Source of the DNA: an uncultured Actinomycetes bacterium
Lineage (GTDB): Bacteria; Actinomycetota; Actinomycetes; Streptosporangiales; Streptosporangiaceae
Direction of reading: 5' to 3'
Assembly: GCA_963730825.1 (NCBI GenBank)
Contig: CAVSTQ010000029.1
Location: 3,771 to 67,770, forward strand
DNA length: 64,000 nt
This document shows positions 8,200 to 17,771 of the stretch, piece after piece; position 1 is the first letter of the stretch; every line of letters starts with the position of its first letter. Made by a program: the position numbers and the translations under genes. The notes beneath the pieces are model-generated. The model was not told the origin of the DNA, ran no database searches, and was given only the letters and a program-made list of their open reading frames with translations.

Positions 8200-10805
8200 G
8201 GTCCGGGTTGGTGGCCGTGGCTGGCGGTGATGAGCTCAGCGCGGACCTGGTCGGCTTCCGGGACTCCCATGCCGGTGTAGAGGGCGAGGGCCTGCTGCCA
8301 GTGCGGGCGGGCCTGACCGGGGGCGGCGGCCTGATGGGCGCGGGCGAGGCCGTGATGGGCCCGGGCCTGCTGGTGTTTCGCGCCGATCTGGCTGGCCAGG
8401 CCGAGCGCGGCGGCGTACTGGGCGCAGGCCTGGCCAGCCTGCCCGGTGGCGAGGAGGACTTCTCCGAGGCTGTTGAGCGCGTCGGCCTCCTCTTCCCGTT
8501 CGCCGATTTCGCGCGCCAGGGCCAGGGCCTGGCGGAGGTGGCTAGCCGCCTGCTCGTGGCGGCCAAGCCATAGGCAGGTCTCGCCGAGCCGGGCGAGCGC
8601 GGAGGCCTCACGGTGCCTGTTGCCTGTCGTCCGGGCCAGGTCCAGGGCCTGCCGGAACAACCCGGCCGCGTGCTGATACGCGCCCTGCCGCAGGCTGACC
8701 TCACCCAGGGTGACCAGCGCGCCGGTCTCCATCGCACGGTTGCCGGTCATCCGGGCCAGGGCCAGGGAACACTCAAGGCTCTCGGTGGCCTGCCGGTAAC
8801 GGCCCCGCCGCAACTCGAGGAGACCAAGGTTGGCCAGGGTGACGGTCTCGCCCGCCTGATCGCTTTCGGCGCGATACAGGTCCAGGGCCTGCTGGCACCA
8901 CTCAGAACCCTGCTCGTAGCGGCCCTCCAGATAGCAGGCCATGCTGAGGTTACCCAGCGCTCGTGCCTGGCCGACGTCGTCGCGGTCGCGCCGGGACAGC
9001 GCCAGGGCCTGCTCAAGCTGGGCGGTGCCCTGCTGGTAACGACCTTGCTGCAGGGCAACGACCCCGAGGGCGGTCAGCGAGGCCGCCTCCACGGTGCTGT
9101 CGCCAGCCTGCCGGGCGGCGGCCAGGGCGTGAGAATGGATGATGACAGCTTCCGCGTGGTGCCCGCCGCGGTCCAGGTAGCGGAACAAGACGGCGGCCAG
9201 CCGGATGGCATGCGAGGGCCAGCCGGATCCGCCGAGCGCGGTGACGGCCGCCAGCGTGGCCCGTTCGGTATTTAGCCAGCACCGCGCGGCTTCCGGATCG
9301 CTGACCTGCGGCGCCGGGCAGGCGGGAGGCGGGAGCCGGGGCCGGTGTTGTCGTTCGGCCGGGTGCAGGGTGTCCATCGCCGCGCCGGCGGTGGACAGGT
9401 AGTAGTCGAAGAGGCGGCCAAGCGCCTCATGCTGCCCGGTCTCGCCGTCTTGACCGGCGGCGAGTTCGCGGGCGTAGTCGCGGAGCAGGTCGTGCAGGCT
9501 GTAGCGGCCCGGGCCCGCGGGCTGGATCAGGTACGCGCGGGCCAGCACGTCCAGCGTCCGGCGGGCCTGGGCCAGGCCGGTGCCAGCCAGCGCGGCCGCC
9601 GCGTAGCCGTCGAAGTCGGCGCCAGGATGCAGGCCGGCCAGCCGGAACATTCGCGCCGCGGCCGCGTCCAGGTGACGGTAGGACCAGGAGAATACGGCCC
9701 GCACCGCGGTCCGCGGGTCACCGCCGGCCTCGAGCAGGTCCAGCCGCCGCTGCTGATCAGCCAGCTCGCCGGACAGGACGCTCAGCAGGCCGGCCGGACG
9801 CGCGGTGGCCAGCTCGGCGGCCACCCGCAGCGCCAGTGGCAGCCGGGCGCACCGGTTGGCCAGCGCCGTCACCGCGTCCGGGTCGGCCCGGGCTCGCTCG
9901 CCGATCAGCTCCCGCAGCAGGTCCGTCGCGTCGGCCAGCGGCAGCAGGTCCAGGTCCAGCCGGACGGCGCCGTGCCTGGCCACCAGGCCGGCCAGCCCGT
10001 CGCGGCTGGTGACCACCACCGCGCAGAACGGGCTGGCAGGCAGCAGCGGCCGGACCTGTTCTGCCGATCCGGCGTTGTCTAGCAGCACCAGCATCCGCCG
10101 GCCGTCGAGCAGGCTGCGGTAACAGGCGGCGCGTTCGTCCTCCCCGGGCGGGATTTCCTGACCGGGGACGCCAAGCGCGCGCAGGAAACCGGCCAGAGCG
10201 TCGGCCGCCGCCACCGGCTCGGCCGGATCGTAGCCGCGCAGGTTCACGTATAGCTGGCCATCGGGGAACCGGTCGGCAAACTGATGGGACCATTGCACCG
10301 CCAGCTCGGTCTTGCCCACCCCGGCCGTACCGCCGATCGCCGAGATCACGACGACGCCACGGGCGCTCGCGCCGCGCTGGTCCAGCGTGTGAGTCAAGGC
10401 GGCGAGCTCGACGGCACGACCGGTGAAATGCGGCACCGGAGCTGGCAATAGCCTTGGCACCGCCGGGCCCGCCTGCTGCGGTGGCGGCCCGGCCGGGTCG
10501 GCTGGGGCCGCGCCGTGATCGCTGGCATCACCGGTCGGGCGGGACGCCTTGTCCAGCTCCTCACGTTCGGTTTGCGACAGCCCCAACGCGTCAGCCAGTG
10601 CGCGCGCAGACCGGCGGTACGGCTGGGTCCGGCCACACTCGATATTGGCGACCGTCCGGGGCGTCAGCCCTGACGCCCCGGCGAGTTCCTCCTGAGTCAG
10701 GCCCCTGGCCAGTCGGTATCGCCGCAGCAGCACACCGAATCTGCTACGCGCACGAACCTGGTCCGATATCACGCTGCCTCCCAGGCCCCGGCGGCATATG
10801 CCCAA
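8196..10805 (-). CDS. STAND-type regulator: XRE HTH + NB-ARC P-loop NTPase + TPR repeats
   Basis: HTH LARGLTQEELAGASGLTPRTVANIECGR. Walker A in GGTAGVGKTELAV. The C-terminal 350 aa or so are TPR-like units (ALALSR..GD..GQARALGNL). Intact 869-aa ORF; the exact start is uncertain. Confidence 0.85.
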   Translation of the reverse strand: MGICRRGLGGSVISDQVRARSRFGVLLRRYRLARGLTQEELAGASGLTPRTVANIECGRTQPYRRSARALADALGLSQTEREELDKASRPTGDASDHGAAPADPAGPPPQQAGPAVPRLLPAPVPHFTGRAVELAALTHTLDQRGASARGVVVISAIGGTAGVGKTELAVQWSHQFADRFPDGQLYVNLRGYDPAEPVAAADALAGFLRALGVPGQEIPPGEDERAACYRSLLDGRRMLVLLDNAGSAEQVRPLLPASPFCAVVVTSRDGLAGLVARHGAVRLDLDLLPLADATDLLRELIGERARADPDAVTALANRCARLPLALRVAAELATARPAGLLSVLSGELADQQRRLDLLEAGGDPRTAVRAVFSWSYRHLDAAAARMFRLAGLHPGADFDGYAAAALAGTGLAQARRTLDVLARAYLIQPAGPGRYSLHDLLRDYARELAAGQDGETGQHEALGRLFDYYLSTAGAAMDTLHPAERQHRPRLPPPACPAPQVSDPEAARCWLNTERATLAAVTALGGSGWPSHAIRLAAVLFRYLDRGGHHAEAVIIHSHALAAARQAGDSTVEAASLTALGVVALQQGRYQQGTAQLEQALALSRRDRDDVGQARALGNLSMACYLEGRYEQGSEWCQQALDLYRAESDQAGETVTLANLGLLELRRGRYRQATESLECSLALARMTGNRAMETGALVTLGEVSLRQGAYQHAAGLFRQALDLARTTGNRHREASALARLGETCLWLGRHEQAASHLRQALALAREIGEREEEADALNSLGEVLLATGQAGQACAQYAAALGLASQIGAKHQQARAHHGLARAHQAAAPGQARPHWQQALALYTGMGVPEADQVRAELITASHGHQPGP

Positions 10806-10964
10806 ACATTCGGCACAAGTACCTCAGATACCCGAACTTTACCGGTAGTTTTCAGGCAGCTTTTCCTGGCCGTGCCCGTCGGGCCGGGACATGCTCGATG
10901 GGCAGCCTGAGGCGGCCGCGTCACCCGCCGCCAGCGATCTTGTCCGGGTATCTCTCGAGGAGGC

Positions 10965-11456
10965 ATGATGTTCCCGATTGCTCGTCCACGTGTACCAATG
11001 CCTGGTTTTTTGCGGCACCCGCAGCCACGCCGGTACCTGGGCGCAGCCGCCGCAGCGGTCGTGCTGCTCGGCACGCTGGGTAGCGCGACCGCGATGGCCG
11101 ATCCGACGACGAGACCAGCGATGGCGCAAGCGCCTGGGGCCGCCGTCGACGGAACGACGTCAGGCACTGAGGCCAGCTGCTCGTGGACGTACAAATGGCA
11201 CACGGACGGTATCGTCGCCGGAGGCTCTACCAAGGTCGAATGGACCTCCAACCCGTGTGGCCTTCGGATCGAGGACCGGACCTTTTGCGCATCCGTGATC
11301 TCGCCTCTAGATACTCAGTGGAATTACAGCGGCATCGTCAAGCGAACCGGCCTGTGGGACCGAGCCACCTGCGGGAGCACCTGGATTTCCAGCAAAGGCG
11401 AGGAACGCCACACCAATGCCGACGGCAGCTGGAGCAGCTGGCACCAGTACTGGTAG
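10965..11456 (+). CDS. small secreted protein, unknown function
   Basis: Signal peptide with RRYLGAAAAAVVLLGTLGSATAMA. Mature part has 4 Cys and is Trp-rich (SWSSWHQYW). Divergent from the STAND gene. Confidence 0.5.
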   Translation: MMFPIARPRVPMPGFLRHPQPRRYLGAAAAAVVLLGTLGSATAMADPTTRPAMAQAPGAAVDGTTSGTEASCSWTYKWHTDGIVAGGSTKVEWTSNPCGLRIEDRTFCASVISPLDTQWNYSGIVKRTGLWDRATCGSTWISSKGEERHTNADGSWSSWHQYW

Positions 11457-11463
11457 CGGCGCC

Positions 11464-11900
11464 TACCACGCCGCGGCCACGTCGTCCGCCTCCGGTTCGC
11501 GGGCGCTGCCGGGGTCGCGGCCCTGCCAGGTGCAGATGCAGGCCTCGTTGCCCTCGGGGTCGGCGAGGATCCAGAACGCCGGGGCCTCGCCGTCGTAGGT
11601 AAGCCTGCCCGCCTGCCGCGATCGGCGTCCATCCGGCGTCGCGCCTCGTCGTGCGGCACGTCACGTCGAAGTGGATGCGGTTGCGCTGCGGGCGGGGTGC
11701 GTCCATCTGCTGGAACCACACGGCGGGTCCCTGTCCGGCGGGTCGACCAGAGCGTCGGTCGGCCCGTCCTTGCCGGGTTCGTCGGCATAGCCAAGCATGG
11801 CCTTCCAGAACGGCCGGATCGCCGGCGATGTCGAGCGCGTCGATGCCGATCTCGAGCGCTGCACCGGCTGCCGCTGTCCCGCGGGCTCGCTGGGGGATCC
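11464..11900 (-). pseudogene. VOC/glyoxalase-like domain protein, multiply frame-broken
   Basis: Pieces IRPFWKAMLGYADEPGKDGPTDALVDP, GPAVWFQQMDAPRPQRNRIHFDV and VPHDEARRRMDA lie in three different frames. Confidence 0.45.
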
Positions 11901-12189
11901 CAGCTCGGTGATCCTCGGTAGCGCGAGAATCCGCGGGCCAGATCAAGGACCCGGGTGGTCACGAACGTCTTCGGGGTCGTCAGCGACAGTACAGCCGGTC
12001 CGCGCGGATATCCATCCGCAGGTGATCCTCGGCGTCGAGGGCCGACACCCGTGCGCCAGGTCGGCCGCCTTCGCCAGCGACCCGGTGGGCACCTGGTCAG
12101 GAGTTCGCCCAGCACCAGCCGCCAGCCGAGCGGGACAGCGTACGGGTCCTGCCTCTCGGCTCGGGTTGCCTGTCTATCGTGACTGTCGT

Positions 12190-13830
12190 GTGCCCAGGTC
12201 CGCCCGTCGTGCCAGCCGCTACCGCCCCCGCGTGCCGGGAGTGAACGAGACGCCCCGCAGCACCTGGCCGAACCCGGCGGCCCGCACGGTGCGGAAGCTC
12301 TCGCCCGCGGACGGGCGGCCGCGCCGGCCGTGGTCGGTGATCCGACCAGCTTGTTCGGGTCGGCGCCCTGGTCGCCGCTGCCGCTGACCGTCGAGGTGAT
12401 GGCCCAGATGGTGACCGTGCCGTTCCGGTTGACCTGGCCGGTGAGGTTGCGCAGGCCGTCGGTGGCGGGCGCCCACGGCAGGCCGGTCGCGGCGTTGTCG
12501 CCCGTCGGGTAGCCGCGGACGGTGTACGGCTGGCCGAGGTCCAGGCCCGCCTGCAGCGTGTAGGCCAGCTTCCACTGCCGCTCCCGTCGAAGACCCACTT
12601 CTGCAGCCCGGCCGTGGTCTGCGCCGCCGCCGCGGTGTAGGGCCGCCGCGCGTAGGTGTTGGCGCCGTTGCCCTCGTCGGCGACGTACAGGGTGTCGGCG
12701 TTCGCGAACCACAGGCCGAACGGGAACGAGGTCGTCGACGTCTTGGCCAGCGTGGTGTTGAAGCCCTTCAGGATGCACATGTTGCTCGGCAGCCCGTCGG
12801 TCTGCAGCGTCGCCGGGTCGTAGCTGAGCGGCGAGGTCGGCAGCTGCGCGCCCGGCGGCCGGCAGGCCGGCGCCGTTCGGGCACGCCTTGCCCGTCGTGT
12901 CGAGGAAGTAGACGGTGTTGACGCCGTTCCCGCCGCTGCCCTTGGTGTAGTACAGCACGTTGTCGTAGATCGTCAGGCCGCGGAAGTTGTCGTCCTTGCC
13001 GATCTTGTCGGCCTTGTCGCCGAGCTGGGTGACGTTGAAGCTGCCGACCGGCGTCGGCTGCCCGGGTGCTGCGCCGACTCGGGCTCGCTGCGCCGGCGTG
13101 ATCAGCTGCGCGCCCGCGCCCAGGATCACCCTGTCGGCTGCGGGTTGCCGCCGTTGCCCGCGTTGCCCGCGGTGTAGATCAGCTCGCTGGCCGCCGGCCT
13201 CGGCGTGATCGCCGCCCGCCCGTTGTTGCCGCTGTACGCGTTGGTCTCGGTGAACTCGAACCGGCCCGTCGGTCCGGCATCTGGGCCACCGCCCGGTAGT
13301 AAGCGCCCGGCACCGGGTTCGTCGGGTCGATCACGCCCGGCGTGTTGGAGTTGGACACGTCCAGCTCGGTCCGGCTTGGCCACGTACCCCATGAACGACA
13401 CCGAACGGCCGTCGGGTGAGAGGTTGAGCGCCAGCTCCGACTTGGAGGAGAAGCTGGTGACCAGGCCGGCACGGCGGAGGTGCCGAGCGGGAGCCCGGAC
13501 GGCGTCAGCTGGCTCAGGAAGATCGGCGAGGTGACGCCGAAGCTCCCGTCGACCGGTCGTTGTTGAACACCTGCGGGTAGCGCCGTCCGCCGTCGCGGTG
13601 ACGCAGCCGGTGCCGCCCCGACGGCAGCTGCGTCCGCGGGGCACGATGAAGCGGGCGTCGTAGTAGCTCTCGCTGACCAGCAGGTTGCCCAGGTGGAACC
13701 AGTCCTCCCGGCCCGTCTCCGCCCGGGACCGCGCTGGTCCCGGCTGGCCCGGCCAGGACTGGCGGCCAGCGGGCGGCCAACGGCCGCGAAGGTCGCGGCT
13801 CCCACTCGTGCTCCGCTTGCTCACCATGGC
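12190..13830 (-). pseudogene. secreted protein of unknown family, heavily frame-broken (at least 8 frame switches)
   Basis: Co-linear fragments are scattered over all three minus frames: SFSSKSELALNLSPDGRSVSFMGYVA, LDVSNSNTPGVIDPTNPVPGAYYRAVAQM, FEFTETNAYSGNNGRAAI, FNVTQLGDKADKIGKDDNFRGLTIYDNVLYYTKGSGGNG, FPFGLWFANADTLYVADEGNGANTY and TVTIWAITSTVSGSGDQGADPNKLV. Ends are approximate. Confidence 0.5.
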
Positions 13831-14062
13831 TCCTCCGCCGGACGGGTTCACCGAAATCCAAGCGAGAGCAGGCCCGTACCTGCGCTTCACGGTGAACGGT
13901 ACATGTCATGACCGTCCGGGAGGACGGAGATGAATGCCTGATCCGCTTGTCCGGAGCCGCATGTTTACCGGGACCTGCTCAGGGCAGGGGGGGCGGTCAG
14001 GAGCGCGGGTCACCGGCCGAAGGTGAAGATGGGGCGCCAAGTTAATTAAGTTAATCAAAATC

Positions 14063-14108
14063 TTGAATAGTTCAAAATATTGACTAATTCTGGAAAATGC
14101 GGGAGACT
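14063..14108 (+). promoter_or_regulatory. AT-rich furA promoter/operator region
   Basis: Perfect palindrome TTGAA-TAG-TTCAA (14063-14075), then TTGACT (-35-like, 14080-14085) followed by AATTCTGGAAAAT. Only a weak -10 (GAGACT, 14103-14108) ending 8 nt before the ATG, which suggests a leaderless transcript. Confidence 0.5.
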
Positions 14109-14116
14109 TCAGCTAT

Positions 14117-14583
14117 ATGGCCCGTCTCCCGCTCGACCCAGCTGACGTCGTGATAACGGCAACTGCGCGATGCCGGGCTTCGGGTGACCATGCCCCGGCA
14201 GGCGGTGCTCACCTGGCTGGCCGCGCATCCGCACGCGACCGCGGACGGCATCGCCGCGGGGGTCAGGGAAGAGTTCGGGTCGTTGTCGCTCCAGGCCATT
14301 TATGGCGTGGTGACAGCGTGCACCGAGGCGGGCCTGCTGCGGCGCATCGAGCCGGCCGGTCATCCCGCTCGCTACGAGCGGCGGGTCGGAGACAACCATC
14401 ATCACCTGATCTGCCGCCGTTGCAGCCGGACCGAGGATGTCGACTGCATCGTGGGGGACCGGCCGTGCCTGGCAGGCGGCCAACGGGCATGGTTTCACGA
14501 TTGACGAGGCCGAAGTGGTCTTCTGGGGTTTCTGCCCGGCATGCGCGGGGGCAGGCGGGACGCACGACAACGAGGAGGAATAG
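14117..14583 (+). CDS. furA: Fur-family peroxide-type regulator (FurA/CatR-like), frame-broken twice
   Basis: [34 protein letters not shown] and [19 protein letters not shown] segments lie in shifting frames, with switches near 14158 and 14470. Sits immediately upstream of the catalase gene. Confidence 0.75.
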
Positions 14584-14585
14584 CA

Positions 14586-16105
14586 GTGACAGACGCACAA
14601 GTCAAGGCGACGACGACTGACGCGGGCACGCCGGTGGAAAGCGACGAGCATTCGCTGACCGTCGGCGCTGACGGCCCGATTCTGCTGAACGATCACTACC
14701 TGATCGAGCAGATGGCCAACTTCAACCGGGAACGCATTCCCGAGCGTCAGCCGCACGCCAAGGGGGGCGGAGCGTTCGGCCACTTCGAGGTGACGCACGA
14801 CGTCAGTGCCTACACCAAGGCCGCTGTCTTCGCGCCCGGCACCAAGACGGACACGCTGATCCGGTTCTCCACCGTGGCCGGTGAGCGGGGCAGCCCCGAC
14901 ACCTGGCGTGACCCGCGCGGCTTCTCGCTGAAGTTTTACACCAGCGAGGGCAACTACGACATGGTCGGGAACAACACCCCGGTGTTCTTTATCCGCGACC
15001 CGATGAAGTTCCAGCACTTCATCCGGTCCCAGAAGCGCCGCCAGGACAACAACCTGCGCGACCACGACATGCAGTGGGACTTCTGGACCCTGTCGCCGGA
15101 GTCGGCGCACCAGGTGACGTGGCTGATGGGGGACCGCGGCATCCCGCGGACCTGGCGGCACATGAACGGGTACAGCTCGCACACCTACCTGTGGATCAAC
15201 GCCGCGGGCGCGAAGTTCTGGGTGAAGTACCACTTCAAGACCGACCAGGGCATCGAGTTCTTCACCCAGGACGAGGGTGACCAGATGGCCGCGGCCGACA
15301 CCGATTACCACCAGCGTGACCTGTACGACCACATCGCGGCCGGGGACTTCCCGAGCTGGACGCTGAAGATGCAGATCATGCCGTTCGAAGAGGCCAAGAC
15401 CTACCGGTTCAACCCGTTCGACCTGACCAAGGTATGGCCGCACGGTGACTACCCGCTGATCGAGGTCGGTCGGCTGACCCTGGACCGCAACGTCACCGAC
15501 TACCACACTGAGATGGAGCAGGCCGCGTTCGAGCCGAATAACCTGGTGCCCGGCATCCAGCTGAGCCCGGACAAGATGCTGCTGGCCCGCGGTTTCTCCT
15601 ACTCCGACGCGCACCGGGCCCGGCTCGGCGTCAACTACAAGCAGATCCCGGTCAACTCCCCGCAGGTGCCGGTCCACAGTTACAGCAAGGACGGCGCCAT
15701 GCGGGTCGTCAACGTCTCCGACCCGGTGTACGCCCCGAACTCCAAGGGGGGCCGAAGGCCGACTCCGAGCACTACCAGCCGGTCGGCTGGCACTCCGACG
15801 GCGACATGGTCCGCTCGGCGTACAGCCTGCACGAGCAGGACGATGACTGGGGCCAGGCGGGCACGCTGGTCCGCGAGATCCTGGACGACGCGGCCCGCGA
15901 GCGGCTGGTCACCAACGTCGTCGGCCACCTGCTCAACGGGGTGAGCGAGCCGATCCTGGCGCGCGCCTTTGAGTACTGGCACCACGTGGACAAGAGCCTC
16001 GGTGACAAGATCGAGCAGGGTGTCCGCGCCAAGCAGGGCGAGAAGGACCCCAAGGCCGCCGAGCAGGCCAACCCGGCCCGCTCGGGCATGCAGGCCAAGG
16101 CCTGA
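14586..16105 (+). CDS. katA: monofunctional haem catalase, frame-broken at a G6 run
   Basis: [33 protein letters not shown] and [14 protein letters not shown] motifs. GTG start 7 nt after GAGGAGG. One-base indel at 15746-15754; the C-terminus continues in the frame of ORF 15806-16105. Confidence 0.9.
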
Positions 16106-16120
16106 CCGCCTGATCGCACG

Positions 16121-16162
16121 CACCGGGACCGGCGGGGCCGTACTGGCCTGCCGGTCCCGGTG
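16121..16162. terminator. bidirectional hairpin between convergent katA and cysH
   Basis: Perfect 13-bp stem CACCGGGACCGGC / GCCGGTCCCGGTG with a 16-nt loop. Confidence 0.6.
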
Positions 16163-16171
16163 GTCGTCAGC

Positions 16172-16666
16172 TCACAGGTGGATGCCGCACTCGGCTTTCC
16201 CCGTGGCGGCCCAGCGGCCGCTGCGGGGATCGTCGCCGGGGGCGACCAGGCGAGTGCACGGTGAGCAGCCGACGGAGGTGTAGCCGTCGGAGACGAGCGG
16301 GTTGACCAGGACGCCGTTCTCCGTGACATAGTCGTCCACCTGTTTCTCCGTCCAGGAGACGATCGGGTTGACCTTCACCATCTCCCGCCGGGCGTCCCAC
16401 TCCACCGACCGGGCCCGGCCGAGGGTCTCGGCGAAGTGATAGCCGGTGTCCAGGAAGAGCACGTCGATGCCGGGCTGGATGCTCGCGGCCATGTGCACGA
16501 TCACCGCGTCGGTCATCGAGGACGTCACGCAGATCCGGTCCCCGAACCTCGCCGTCGCCCAGCGCAGGATCTCGCCGGGGTCGGCGTCGGCGAGCTCGCC
16601 GGCGGCCCGCGCGATCTCCTCCTCCATCGGATGCGGGCCGGCCAGGTGCTCTGAGGTCTCGGCCAT
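16172..16666 (-). pseudogene. cysH: PAPS/APS reductase with apparent in-frame internal deletion
   Basis: The N-terminal part (DVLFLDTGYHFAETLG) joins directly to the C-terminal part (VEWDARREMVKVNPIVSWTEKQVDDYV...GCSPCT). About 164 aa, against the roughly 235-250 I expect for the family. Confidence 0.7.
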
Positions 16667-16673
16667 GAGCGGC

Positions 16674-16856
16674 TCAGCCCTGCACGGGCGACTGGGTGAC
16701 CAGGTCCTCGGCGGTCGGCATGCCCGCGCGCCAGACCGACCGGGCGATGATCTTGCTGGAGTCGACCCGCTCGCGGTAGCGCCGCGCGACACGGTCGGGT
16801 AATCCCTGGGGGTGGAGTGACTTCAAGGTCGTCGAGGCCAGGCCTGCGGGCGTCAC
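16674..16856 (-). CDS. small hypothetical protein upstream of cysH
   Basis: 60-aa ORF ending 8 nt before the cysH ATG. A small ORF in this position is seen in actinomycete sulfate-assimilation operons, a statement from memory. Confidence 0.35.
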   Translation of the reverse strand: MTPAGLASTTLKSLHPQGLPDRVARRYRERVDSSKIIARSVWRAGMPTAEDLVTQSPVQG

Positions 16857-16953
16857 GGCGTTCCGTGCCGTCGCTGACCCGGTCCTGCCCCCGCCGGGTC
16901 CGGGCGATCAGCCTGTCCGGCGGGCCCAGGCCGGCGGAGCGTTCCGTATCCGC

Positions 16954-17714
16954 CGGAAATGGACCTTGATCCAGGTGATCGGGGGGCTCCTGATCGCCGG
17001 GATCTGCGTCGCCGCCGTACTCTGGTACGTGCCCCGGGTCATGAGCGCCAACGGGGGATGCTGACCGGCACCGTCACCAGCGGCGGCGTCGTGACGCTCA
17101 ACTTCCAGAGCGCCGGGGTCATCAGCACGGTGAAGGTGCAGCCGGGCCAGCCGGTCCACAAGGGGCAAGCGCTCGCCGTGGAGTACGCGCCGAATATCAG
17201 CGCGATCGTCACCGCGGACGACGCGTCGATCAGCGCCGTGCAGGCCAAGATCGCCGAGGTCAAGACCGAGGAAACCCTTTACCCCGCGACCATCCCGCAG
17301 GACCAGGCGCAGATCGCGGCCGAGAAGGCGCAGCTGGCGATGGACCAGGCCCAGCTGGCCACCGACAGGATGCGGACAGACGCGACGGAGATCGTCGCCC
17401 CGGCGGCCGGGGTCATCGTGGCCGCCAACGGCCAGCCCGGTGAGGCCGTCACCTCGTCGGGTATCCGGGATTACAGCAGCTCCTCCCAGCAGGTGGCCGG
17501 GGCGCAGCAGCCTGCCTTCTCACTTCTTCCCGAGGGCCCGCAGTCCACCGGCCGCACCCAGGCCAGCGGGTCCTCGCTGCCGGTCGTCGCCTTGCGGGTC
17601 TCCTACAGCTGGTCCTCGACCGGGCCCGAGTACCAGGCGATCGTCGCCATCGCCAGCACGGTGCCGAGTCCGCCGCTCAACGGCATGGCCGCGAACATCG
17701 CGTTCTCGCGCTGA
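16954..17714 (+). CDS. HlyD-family periplasmic adaptor-like protein, N-terminus frame-broken, start unresolved
   Basis: TM helix IQVIGGLLIAGICVAAVLWYV in frame 1. The lipoyl-like and coiled-coil part (VKVQPGQPVHKGQALA, AQIAAEKAQLAMDQAQLA, EIVAPAAGVIV) lies in another frame, with the switch near 17055. No partner pump gene is adjacent. Confidence 0.5.
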
Positions 17715-17739
17715 GTAGTAGTGATCAAATCACTACTAC
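17715..17739. repeat. perfect 11-bp inverted repeat GTAGTAGTGAT-CAA-ATCACTACTAC
   Basis: Read directly. Starts 1 nt after the adaptor stop codon and ends 33 nt before the next ATG. Confidence 0.9.
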
Positions 17740-17771
17740 GAGTTATCAGCCTGATCGTTGACCATGGAGTC

